Origin: a virus
Reading direction: 5' to 3' (one strand)
Virus record (IMG/VR): IMGVR_UViG_3300032323_003899
Location: 6,818-70,817 of that record
Length of the DNA: 64,000 nt
Made by a program: the position numbers and the translations under genes. Positions 50,778 to 60,438 of this stretch are shown here, piece by piece. Position 1 is the stretch's first letter, and each line of letters opens with the position of its first letter. The notes under the pieces were generated by a model. That model was given only the letters and a program-made list of their open reading frames with translations. It did not search any database and was not told where the DNA came from.

Positions 50778-52485
50778 ATATCGAATTATACCAAGCGGGT
50801 TGTCTTATGAATCTGCACCACTGATAGACCAGCAGGTTCAGTTATCACTTGAACAACAAGCACAATCTATGGTTGAGTTCGATAGGACTACAAACGTAAG
50901 TCTGGCAGAAGTCTATGACCAAGAACGTCAGAGTTGCACGGTTTTTAGACCCACATTCAAAATGACTTACGTTTATGATAACGTACTTACCGGTACTACA
51001 GAATATTCAAAATTCAGAAATGAATTGTATTATGTTAATCCACAAGTTTCGATATTCAGTAAAGTTTGGTATGGTTACCCACAGTATTACGAATTTGATT
51101 TTTACAGAGACGACATTAATAACACACATATCAATTACAAGGCGGTTAGTGCGTATTCATATAATTGGGATTACTATATAACATATCCATCACAAAATAT
51201 TTCAGACAAAAGAATAACTGCAAGTTTGAATGGTAGTTTTTTTGATTGGAATGTTTCTGATGGAATACCATTTAAAATAAGAAGAACTTCAGAAAATGGT
51301 GCAGGATTAATTTCTTTCGAATGTATTTGTCCTCATGGATTATCTGCTGGAGAATCGGTGGAAATATTTGTAAACGGAAAACCTTATTTATATAGAACCC
51401 AAGCTCTTTTTGATGTTTTTTCATTAGGGAACGAAAAATTTGATAGTGAATCTCACGTATTCAACATTTATAATATAGGTTATACGGGGAATACGTTTTT
51501 CGATGGTATGATTGGTACTTTTAGAAGAGTGGTAAATGCGTCAATACCTAACGAAACTAAATCAAAGTATTATGTAAGACAACAAAAAGTTATTTTGGAT
51601 ACCAATGGAATTATTCTAACTAAATCGGGATTTGAAAAAAATCCATTTAAAGATGATTTCAAATTAGAATTAAGTTCAATTACTCCAAATAAAATCACAA
51701 GGATATCTCAAAAGACTAGCTCAAGTTCATATACTTTTACAGGTAAAATAGATATTAACATAGGGGGACTATTGGACAATCAATTGAGACCTGTAACAGA
51801 ATTACATTTGACAATAATTAATAAAGGATATTCAGGTTATTTCAATAAACCCTTTTTCGATTCAGGATTGAAACAAGGTTGGGGTTTTAATATAACGAAT
51901 ACAAATAATTCTTGGTGGGATGATAATAATACATTGTCCAAAACAAATATAACAACCTCCTCATATCAAAATACTGATGGAGTGACAAGAACTTTCTATT
52001 ACAACAACTCACTTAAAGTTGGTGATATTATAGATGGTGACTTATGTGAATGGAACGATTACTTACAAGTTGAAAGAGTATACTCGAATTATTATCAAAA
52101 AATAAAATATAATCAAACCATCTTCAAGACTACTGAAAGTCAGACAACCAACTCACCTGGTTACTACTACAAACCACATAACCCTATTACCTTAAGAACC
52201 TTCTCTGATTATGTAGAAACAGGTTCTGTGAACGAAGTAGAGGGGATTCCAAATTACGCATATTATTCAAACGCAGACCAAGAGTTCAGATGGAGAGACT
52301 CATACCAATATGGTTTCATAGACTCCGAAGGTGTTGGTGTAGATTATCCATTTATGAATAATGCTCAATACCCGTTTAAGGATTTTGTTTTTAAATTAAT
52401 TCCTGATAATGAAGGATATAATATAAATGATGGTTTATTCGGACTGAATGTACCATTTGACCCAATAATAGATAAGTGTGAATAA
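50770..52485 (+). CDS. Putative virion structural protein
   Basis: Overlapping operon gene, Y/N/T-rich; CPHGLSAGESVEI is a small beta-domain-like motif. Confidence 0.55.
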   Translation: MNRYRIIPSGLSYESAPLIDQQVQLSLEQQAQSMVEFDRTTNVSLAEVYDQERQSCTVFRPTFKMTYVYDNVLTGTTEYSKFRNELYYVNPQVSIFSKVWYGYPQYYEFDFYRDDINNTHINYKAVSAYSYNWDYYITYPSQNISDKRITASLNGSFFDWNVSDGIPFKIRRTSENGAGLISFECICPHGLSAGESVEIFVNGKPYLYRTQALFDVFSLGNEKFDSESHVFNIYNIGYTGNTFFDGMIGTFRRVVNASIPNETKSKYYVRQQKVILDTNGIILTKSGFEKNPFKDDFKLELSSITPNKITRISQKTSSSSYTFTGKIDINIGGLLDNQLRPVTELHLTIINKGYSGYFNKPFFDSGLKQGWGFNITNTNNSWWDDNNTLSKTNITTSSYQNTDGVTRTFYYNNSLKVGDIIDGDLCEWNDYLQVERVYSNYYQKIKYNQTIFKTTESQTTNSPGYYYKPHNPITLRTFSDYVETGSVNEVEGIPNYAYYSNADQEFRWRDSYQYGFIDSEGVGVDYPFMNNAQYPFKDFVFKLIPDNEGYNINDGLFGLNVPFDPIIDKCE

Positions 52486-53287
52486 TTTTATAATAAAGCA
52501 AATAAATGGTCTGAATAAGCAGATTAATATTCCGATAGAACTCACTTGGGACTTGGAGGGAATTGATGATGCTATAGACCAATATGAAACTAAAGCGGTC
52601 GAACAAGTTTTAGGGAGAGGTTATGATTTTGAAGTTGAAAGGTTTCCACATGATAAGCATGAAAACAGCGAGAATACTTTCGTCGATTATGAATTTTACT
52701 TTTACTCAGGAGGTTCATTAGAGGACCGAACAAATTGGAAAAATAGTTATTTAGGAGAAGGATTCACGGTACAAGATATTTTTTATTATTCTAATAGTTT
52801 TACAAAGTCATTTTTCAAATTGGATTTTTATGACACAGTTGATGACAAAAGACAAAAGAATTATTTCACCGTAATTATTCCAACTACACAAGGGAGTGAG
52901 ATGGTTTCGGGAATGGCAAGGGATACTGTTACGATTAAAAAACCAAAGTTCATTTTGGACTATATTGGAGACAAAGAAGGTTTTTTTCTGTATTGGCTTA
53001 AAAGTTTGAAGTTTATACCAATCAACACATTCTACATGACTGCAAAGTTTTACAATGCGGAAACAGGTTCTTTCACTAAGCTTTCTAATCAACCACAATC
53101 TATTTTTACAAACACAACTTTAGGGAGTAATCTTTATGATTTTGATTATACTACCTTCTTTTACTACAGAGTAGTTTTAGATTATATAGATAAAGTTTAT
53201 CGTATATATGATATCAAAACAAATGAAAGAGTTGGTACTACAACACCAATAAGATGGTATGAATATCTAAACCCACCTTTATCATGA
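52478..53287 (+). CDS. Hypothetical (putative structural) protein
   Basis: GTG start overlaps the upstream stop codon; operon context. Confidence 0.6.
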   Translation: MNNFIIKQINGLNKQINIPIELTWDLEGIDDAIDQYETKAVEQVLGRGYDFEVERFPHDKHENSENTFVDYEFYFYSGGSLEDRTNWKNSYLGEGFTVQDIFYYSNSFTKSFFKLDFYDTVDDKRQKNYFTVIIPTTQGSEMVSGMARDTVTIKKPKFILDYIGDKEGFFLYWLKSLKFIPINTFYMTAKFYNAETGSFTKLSNQPQSIFTNTTLGSNLYDFDYTTFFYYRVVLDYIDKVYRIYDIKTNERVGTTTPIRWYEYLNPPLS

Positions 53288-54402
53288 GTGATTCTTATAG
53301 AATAATAATTTCACCTGAAACAATACTTGGAGACATTAGCCAAGTCACATATAGTGGAGAAACCTTTGGTGTTTATTCAGGAATGTCACAGGTTATTTCA
53401 TCAGGCCCTAATGGAACGTCTACTCTTACAGGGTTGACTGTACCTATCTTACTAAATCAAAGTACGGTAGATATCGGATATTATAGCCCATTTGACGGAG
53501 AGATTTCTCAAAAAGATGTAGTGACAAATTTTATTTTTTCTTCAACCACGACTTCACCATACACATATCAAGTTTATAACACTTCAAGTGAATATCAAAA
53601 ATTTATTGACCTTTCATCTTATTCTATAAATTGGGGTGATGGTAGTCCAATAGAAACTGTAACAGGTTATACACCTAATTTTACGTCTCATAACTATCCA
53701 ATTGCAAACAAAAAATATCAGATATCTTTAAGACAAGTTAATCCTTGGGGTATTGTAGAAGTATTCAAGACAATTATAACACCATTCAAAAATGCTATTA
53801 TATATAATCCTAAGGGTAGAGCGTTCTTCACTTCGAATATCGGGTCATGGTCAGCAACACCAATTAGCTATGATTATATTTTTAGTGGTGATGCGGTCAA
53901 TACTGTGCAAGCTCAGGTAAGTAGTGGATACACATCAATACCATTTGTTGTTTCTTCACAAACAACCTCACGATTGACAGAACTAGAACCATATGGTAAA
54001 TTCACGCCACAACAAAGGGTTGGTTTACCAATCATAAAGAATGGGGAAATATACGGTACCATTACAAATATAAACCCTGTTTACACTGCATACACTATAC
54101 AAAACGTTGATTATTACGACTATTCAAATGGACTCACTTTATTTTTTACAAGTTCGTCAGGATTTACTCAAGATAATATAGAAGCAAGACCTATTACAAA
54201 AGATGAATCATTGATGAAAATTATTGACCAAGGACAAATTCAAACAGATGTTTTTGTTGAACGAGGTAAAAACAGTGGGTATGAAAGAATCCAAAGGTTG
54301 GGAGAAGTGAGTAGTTTAGGAGCTTTGGAAAATTATGGATACGGATTCTTCAATATAGTTGAAAAAGATGGTGGAGAAACCGCAGAGGGTTTTGAGACAT
54401 AA
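53284..54402 (+). CDS. PKD-like domain virion protein
   Basis: YSINWGDGS..TSHNY PKD signature. Confidence 0.6.
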   Translation: MSDSYRIIISPETILGDISQVTYSGETFGVYSGMSQVISSGPNGTSTLTGLTVPILLNQSTVDIGYYSPFDGEISQKDVVTNFIFSSTTTSPYTYQVYNTSSEYQKFIDLSSYSINWGDGSPIETVTGYTPNFTSHNYPIANKKYQISLRQVNPWGIVEVFKTIITPFKNAIIYNPKGRAFFTSNIGSWSATPISYDYIFSGDAVNTVQAQVSSGYTSIPFVVSSQTTSRLTELEPYGKFTPQQRVGLPIIKNGEIYGTITNINPVYTAYTIQNVDYYDYSNGLTLFFTSSSGFTQDNIEARPITKDESLMKIIDQGQIQTDVFVERGKNSGYERIQRLGEVSSLGALENYGYGFFNIVEKDGGETAEGFET

Positions 54403-54429
54403 ACTATTTATTAAATATAATTTTTAGAT

Positions 54430-55338
54430 ATGGCAATCGGTACATACGGAACACTAAGGCCAAGTGACGTTTCACCTGAAGATGTTCAGATAATAATGAA
54501 CTATACACCTTCAAGAGACGTGACAGATAATTTCGTTTTAAAAACCTTGGACGCTCCAACAGTTTTAAGACCTTACTTCAACAATGATGCAACAGGAGGG
54601 AATGATGGAGTAGAAGTTTTAGGTGGTTTATATAATTTAACATTACCTGCAAATGAGTTTACTCAACTCGGAATATACACACTTTATTTGAGACCAGCTC
54701 AAATAAGAACCGTAATTACGGATTGTGGTGTGTTAAGTGCATTACCTAATGTTAAAGGTCTTGTTATTGATTTATCAAATGTCCCGCCAGCGTCTTTAAA
54801 TAAATTTGTACCACAAGGACTTGTAGGATTTAGAATTGAATATCTAAATAATGACGGTTCAAAAATACCGAACTTCTTCAGAATAATTACATCTTCGTTT
54901 TATTGTGAACCTGTGGTAACAAATCAAGTTAATACTACACAAAAAGCTATAAGGTATAGATATGTTGATGGTCAATCAAATCTTTTATTTCTGACTGTAT
55001 CACCTTCATCTTCACCAACCAACAAACCTAACGCAACTCCGTTTATTGGACAACCCGACCAAGAAATTATTATAACAAATACCTTTTTCAATCCTGTAAC
55101 ATTAGAGATTGAAATGGTTGAATACGATATATCTTCTCTTGCAATTGCTCTTTACGGTAATCAGACCAAAGCGATTGATGATGGTATCTATACAATTTAC
55201 GACTCTCAAAATAACATCTACAGACAATACAACCTTTATGAAATTAGAGACCAATTTAATGCTCTTCTTTATGAGGTTAGACAAAGTAGAGGTAATAATA
55301 TTGATTTTAGTAAAAACTTTAACACCATCACAAGTTAA
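54430..55338 (+). CDS. Putative structural protein
   Basis: 302-aa ORF preceded by TATTTAT and coupled to the wedge gene. Confidence 0.6.
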   Translation: MAIGTYGTLRPSDVSPEDVQIIMNYTPSRDVTDNFVLKTLDAPTVLRPYFNNDATGGNDGVEVLGGLYNLTLPANEFTQLGIYTLYLRPAQIRTVITDCGVLSALPNVKGLVIDLSNVPPASLNKFVPQGLVGFRIEYLNNDGSKIPNFFRIITSSFYCEPVVTNQVNTTQKAIRYRYVDGQSNLLFLTVSPSSSPTNKPNATPFIGQPDQEIIITNTFFNPVTLEIEMVEYDISSLAIALYGNQTKAIDDGIYTIYDSQNNIYRQYNLYEIRDQFNALLYEVRQSRGNNIDFSKNFNTITS

Positions 55339-58319
55339 TGGCGGTTATCAGAGACAAATATTTTTATCCCCCGAGACCTGGTAATGGTGCAGGAACATTC
55401 TCGGATGATATCGTTGGTTTACAAACGGTAACGGGAGGAGGTTTGACCCAAGGTAACTTTGAATTTACAACATCAGTTGTTGAAAAAGTTAATAGAACTT
55501 TTAATATTGGTGCTTTTTCTTCACCAATTTCTTTGAGTGATATTGATGTCAACACATTATTTGATAGTAGAATCATACAACAGACACAATTCAGGGTTGT
55601 ACCTAACTATGATGTTTCTGAAGTTCTGAACTTCACCATGTATGGTTCATTATCAAAAAGGTTTGCAGTATCAGCTTCAAGAATTATTAATTTCTTTCCA
55701 GCAGCTTTAGATATTTTATTTACACAAATAAATTTCACTACAGGGGCGACTGCTGTAAATATAGATTATGACCCTGTAGAAAATGAGACATATCTTGAGG
55801 TTAACGTTGACAGGATACATAACCCTTTTGATATTGATTTTAGTGTAAGTGCTACAACAAACTTACAAGTAAGAGAACTTGAAACTTCAATATATAGAAA
55901 TCTAAATAACACTTATTTGAGTTATTGTATATCTCTAAATGAAGTGGAATATAATTTAGTTTCTTTTCAACCATCAATTTCATTATCAAGTGGTTATATA
56001 GGATTGTATGTTTCCGGTGCACCATTTGGACTCACGGCAACAACGTGGTATGAGGATTTTGAAATAAGACCTAATACGGTAACGGTAGATAAAGTGTTTG
56101 AAGAAGATTTCGATGAAGTTGAAAAGTTTTTACTTAATAGACTTGTAACTCCTGAGTACACGGCAATGTTTAAGGTACCCCAACAGGACGCTTCAGGTCA
56201 ATTTTATATTGCAGAACAAATTGTGACATGGCCTAAAGATGGTGTTTGGAATTTGGATATTAGGTCATCAAGTTTTGATAATTACTTATCACAATTGGAT
56301 GCAATTGCGGTTAACTTAGATGAGTTTAAAACGAATTTAATTTCTCGTTTTTTAGTTTCAGGTTCTTTGAAAGACTTCGATACCTTAGGACAGAAAGTAG
56401 AAAAAATATTTCAAATATACGGAAGGTCTTTCGACCAAGTCAAACAATTTATTGATGCTTTGGCATACATGAATTCTGTCAACTACTTACCGCAAGATGA
56501 TATACCATCACAGTTATTATATAACTTATCACAAACCTTGGGATGGTCCTCGAACTTTTCACCGATAACAACTGAAAACTTTTTACAAAGTGTTTTCGGT
56601 GGAGGAGCGTTAAATGAATATGAAGGTCTATCGAGACCATACACACCTACCGAGTTGAATTATCAATTTTATAGAAATCTGATTTTGAATTCCGCATACC
56701 TTTTTAAATCAAAAGGGACGAGAAGGTCAATTGAATTTTTATTAAGATTAATCGGTGCTCCAGACGCGTTGATAGAATTCAACGAAAACATATACCTTGC
56801 CGACCAAAGAGTGAATATGGAAACTTTCCGTACAGAATTCGCTCAAATATCGGGAGGAACTTATCAACAAGAGGTTCCAAGTTTATTACCTGGAGAAACA
56901 TATAGTATAAAAGGACAATTATATACTGCATTTACAACAACTGACATCTACCAAGACGTTGTGGTGGATAGATTAGACTATCCAGTTGACGAGTTTGGGT
57001 TTCCAAGGGCACCACGACCGACTGAAGATATGTTTTTTCAAAAAGGTGCTGGTTGGTATGAGAGTACTCCTCAACACAGAAGTCCGGACCAAGTTACAAT
57101 AACGGGTCAGGTTTATACGGGTCAGAATTTTGACATTCAAACTCAGTTAGAGCCTTTTACTTATGGACAACTTTACCTTGATGTGTATAGACAGTTTCCA
57201 TACATGACAGAAGGATTCAAACTAAGAAAAGTTATTGATAACAAAAAATCTTGGCTCGAAGATGACAACAAAATAAGAATATCAACGGGGGGAGATTATA
57301 ATGCATATTATTTTGTTGACACAGAAAAATTAGTATTGAACGTTAAAAACGTCGAAATTGCTCTAAACCCTGGTCAAGGATTGGTTTATGATGTGTGGGA
57401 TGAGTCAGTAAAATTTGATTACCCAATTCCTGAAAGTGGATTGACAGTTAATTTTCCTGTACCTGGAGGAGTTGACTCTACTTTCGTAGACCCTGAACCC
57501 AAAAAGAAAACTTTCTTTGAGTTCTACCAAACTTTTTGGCAGAACATGATTAATACAAGAAATAGACAATTTATAACAGATGGTAAGACAGGCGGTTATC
57601 CAAACTTACAATCTATATTTTGGAAATATATTGAATCTGAACAAACTGTTGGAATACCCAATAATAAATATACATATCAAAAGTTAATTGACTATGTAGT
57701 TGGTATGGGTCCATATTGGATGAAGTTGGTTGAACAAATGGTTCCCGCGACGACAATATGGAATACAGGTATAAAATATGAAAACTCAGTACTTCACAAA
57801 CAGAAATTTGTTTACAGAAGACAAAGAGGATGTCAGTTTATTCCTGTACCTGCACAACCTTGTGAAATTGTATCGAACATATTCAGTTACAATTGTAATA
57901 CTGAGTATGTTGATTTCTTTATATATCCTTGGTTAAATGGGGATGTGTCAGTTTCAAACTTTAACTCTATATTAAATAACCGTATTACAGACTACGTAAA
58001 CAGTTTAGGGCTAACACTTAATGATTGTGTTCTTGATAGTGTTAAATCTACATGGTACGTTGATTTGAGGTTATCGAATCAAATATTAATACAAGAACAG
58101 TTCTACGTTGGTTTCGGTAACGATGATGTTCCATCAAATACAGATTGGAAAAACGCATTGAATTTATATCTTCCAAGCTTAGTTAATGATAATCTTGGAT
58201 ATTTTATAAATGGGAACTTCCTCACAATATATAACCTCACACTTACAGCGATGAACTTAGGTGAAGAACTCACACTAAATGTTGGAATTAATTTGGAAAT
58301 CAACTGTGTAGATGGCTAG
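55338..58319 (+). CDS. Baseplate wedge protein (gp7/P2 gpI-like domain)
   Basis: IPSQLLYNLSQTLGW..YRNLILNSAYLFKSKGTRRSIEFLLRLIG. Confidence 0.7.
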   Translation: MAVIRDKYFYPPRPGNGAGTFSDDIVGLQTVTGGGLTQGNFEFTTSVVEKVNRTFNIGAFSSPISLSDIDVNTLFDSRIIQQTQFRVVPNYDVSEVLNFTMYGSLSKRFAVSASRIINFFPAALDILFTQINFTTGATAVNIDYDPVENETYLEVNVDRIHNPFDIDFSVSATTNLQVRELETSIYRNLNNTYLSYCISLNEVEYNLVSFQPSISLSSGYIGLYVSGAPFGLTATTWYEDFEIRPNTVTVDKVFEEDFDEVEKFLLNRLVTPEYTAMFKVPQQDASGQFYIAEQIVTWPKDGVWNLDIRSSSFDNYLSQLDAIAVNLDEFKTNLISRFLVSGSLKDFDTLGQKVEKIFQIYGRSFDQVKQFIDALAYMNSVNYLPQDDIPSQLLYNLSQTLGWSSNFSPITTENFLQSVFGGGALNEYEGLSRPYTPTELNYQFYRNLILNSAYLFKSKGTRRSIEFLLRLIGAPDALIEFNENIYLADQRVNMETFRTEFAQISGGTYQQEVPSLLPGETYSIKGQLYTAFTTTDIYQDVVVDRLDYPVDEFGFPRAPRPTEDMFFQKGAGWYESTPQHRSPDQVTITGQVYTGQNFDIQTQLEPFTYGQLYLDVYRQFPYMTEGFKLRKVIDNKKSWLEDDNKIRISTGGDYNAYYFVDTEKLVLNVKNVEIALNPGQGLVYDVWDESVKFDYPIPESGLTVNFPVPGGVDSTFVDPEPKKKTFFEFYQTFWQNMINTRNRQFITDGKTGGYPNLQSIFWKYIESEQTVGIPNNKYTYQKLIDYVVGMGPYWMKLVEQMVPATTIWNTGIKYENSVLHKQKFVYRRQRGCQFIPVPAQPCEIVSNIFSYNCNTEYVDFFIYPWLNGDVSVSNFNSILNNRITDYVNSLGLTLNDCVLDSVKSTWYVDLRLSNQILIQEQFYVGFGNDDVPSNTDWKNALNLYLPSLVNDNLGYFINGNFLTIYNLTLTAMNLGEELTLNVGINLEINCVDG

Positions 58320-60438
58320 TTTTCAATATAACATATCAACCACAGGGGCCTGTATAACTTCAGGAGCGATTAGTCTCCAACTATCTGGAGGTACACCTCC
58401 TTACACAGTTCAGTGGGCTACACCAAATCTTGGTGTTGATACGGTATATTCATTTCCTTCGATAAGGACAGGACTTTCTGCGGGAGAGTATACTGTTAAT
58501 GTCAATGATAGTTCACTCCCAACAAACTTAGAATTTTTCATTAACATACCAGTATCAAGTGGTGTTTGTGCGAATGTTGCTGGTGTACAGAATACAACAT
58601 GTAATTTGAATAATGGGTCAATTACTGGTAGCTCAAGCTCAAATTATTCATCAACTAACTTTTACTTATATTCAGGAACTGATGTTTACATTACATCGGC
58701 GGTTACAAATACCAATGAGGCTATATTCCAAAATTTAACTGCAGGTACATATTATTTACTTGTTCAGGATATTGGAGGATGTACGGGTGTCTCAGAGACT
58801 ATTATTGTTGAAGAGTCTTCAGCGATGGACTTTGGACTTTACGTAGTTCCTAATTCGAGTTGTGGGGGTGCTCCTTTAGGTAAACTTTACGTAACAGGTC
58901 AAACAGGGACCGCACCTTACACATATCTTTGGAGTAACAACCAAACTACAAGTTTTATTACTGGTTTGACTTCAGGTAATTATAGTGTAACAGTTACAGA
59001 TGCTACAGGATGTGTGGTAACCAAAAACGGAGTAATTGTAGATGTGAGTCCTGTTGGCTTTGGTAATTTTATAGTCACACAACCAACTTGTTTTGCAAGT
59101 AACGGTGTTGTAACCTTAACGATATCAGGAGGAACCGCACCTTATTACTATTCCGCATCGTCAGGGAACAACGAGATATCATATGCACAAACTTTTACTG
59201 TTTCAGGTTTACCATCAGGTTCCTACTCCGTAACAGTGACCGATGCTGCGTTTTGTACTTTTACACAAACAACTGAACTCTTGACACCTAATGGTATTAG
59301 TTCAGTGTCCATTCAAGGAAATAATTCAGGTTGTTCAGACAACGATGGTTCAATACAAATCAGTGTTGTAAATGGAACGACACCATACACATATACATTA
59401 GTAAATCCAAATGGTGGAACTTCAGTTGTTTCCACATCAAATAATTCTAACACTTTTTCTTCACTATCAGGAGGAACGTATTTTGTTTCTGTCCAAGATT
59501 TCTCAGGATGTTCTTATGGTGATTATGTTACAATTATAACTGAAAATCTATTCACAATAACAGCGTCAACAACAGGTACTACCTGTGGACAAAATAACGG
59601 ACAAATAACAATTGTTAAGTCGACAGGAGGTACCGAACCATACAATTATTTATTCGATGGAGTTGTTCAAGTGGCTAACACAATACAATCAGCGGTTACC
59701 TTAACAAATATAACATCAGGTTCTCACTCGGTTTCAGTCAGTGATGCAAACGGATGTATTCAAACACAACAAATTTTTATAGACACCTCAGAACCACTTA
59801 CTTATAGTTTAATATCGACAAGTTGTGGTACTGGAGACCAAGGAACTATGACTGCTTTTATTTCTTCAGGTGAACCTCCATTCACATTCACTTGGTCAAG
59901 TAATGTTGTCGGAAATCCACAATCAATTACTGTAACAGGATTAACTGCAGGAACTTATAGTGTGACTGTAGTTGATAGTCTTGGTTGTTCTCTAAGAAGA
60001 AGTATGGTTGTAAATTGTACTCAGAACCTCATTTCTTATCAAGTTTATGTTATGGGAAATGAGGATTTTCAATCCAAAGGAGGTTCCAAATGTGGTCTTT
60101 TACAAATGATGAATGAAGGATTTTACGACTTAACTTTGACTAATACAAATTGTAATTTGATAAGTGCGGATTTCATTGCGAAGGTTACAGTTGAACCTTT
60201 AGGAAGTGTATACACAAGTCAGTTCTTCACTACGAATTCTTTACTTGTTGCACCTTCAGATAATCAATGGTATAATGCAATTGAGACACTTTTGATGACA
60301 ATTCCTGGAATTATTGGTGTAAGTATAGATGCGTTGAATAATAAAATAACAATACAAACAAACGTAGACGGTCCATTACAAAATCAGATTCTAACAATAG
60401 ATGTTTTGATTGAGTATGACGTAAAATGTGAATCATGA
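58312..60438 (+). CDS. SprB-repeat adhesin-like virion protein
   Basis: Repeated TC..NG.I...GGT.PY.Y.W...GL.AG.Y.V.V.D..GC units. Confidence 0.8.
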   Translation: MASFQYNISTTGACITSGAISLQLSGGTPPYTVQWATPNLGVDTVYSFPSIRTGLSAGEYTVNVNDSSLPTNLEFFINIPVSSGVCANVAGVQNTTCNLNNGSITGSSSSNYSSTNFYLYSGTDVYITSAVTNTNEAIFQNLTAGTYYLLVQDIGGCTGVSETIIVEESSAMDFGLYVVPNSSCGGAPLGKLYVTGQTGTAPYTYLWSNNQTTSFITGLTSGNYSVTVTDATGCVVTKNGVIVDVSPVGFGNFIVTQPTCFASNGVVTLTISGGTAPYYYSASSGNNEISYAQTFTVSGLPSGSYSVTVTDAAFCTFTQTTELLTPNGISSVSIQGNNSGCSDNDGSIQISVVNGTTPYTYTLVNPNGGTSVVSTSNNSNTFSSLSGGTYFVSVQDFSGCSYGDYVTIITENLFTITASTTGTTCGQNNGQITIVKSTGGTEPYNYLFDGVVQVANTIQSAVTLTNITSGSHSVSVSDANGCIQTQQIFIDTSEPLTYSLISTSCGTGDQGTMTAFISSGEPPFTFTWSSNVVGNPQSITVTGLTAGTYSVTVVDSLGCSLRRSMVVNCTQNLISYQVYVMGNEDFQSKGGSKCGLLQMMNEGFYDLTLTNTNCNLISADFIAKVTVEPLGSVYTSQFFTTNSLLVAPSDNQWYNAIETLLMTIPGIIGVSIDALNNKITIQTNVDGPLQNQILTIDVLIEYDVKCES

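Noticed and set aside
1192-58303. Numerous 60-130 aa ORFs antisense to or nested in long genes
   Set aside because: They lie fully inside well-supported genes and show no motifs; this is expected from codon bias on the opposite strand.
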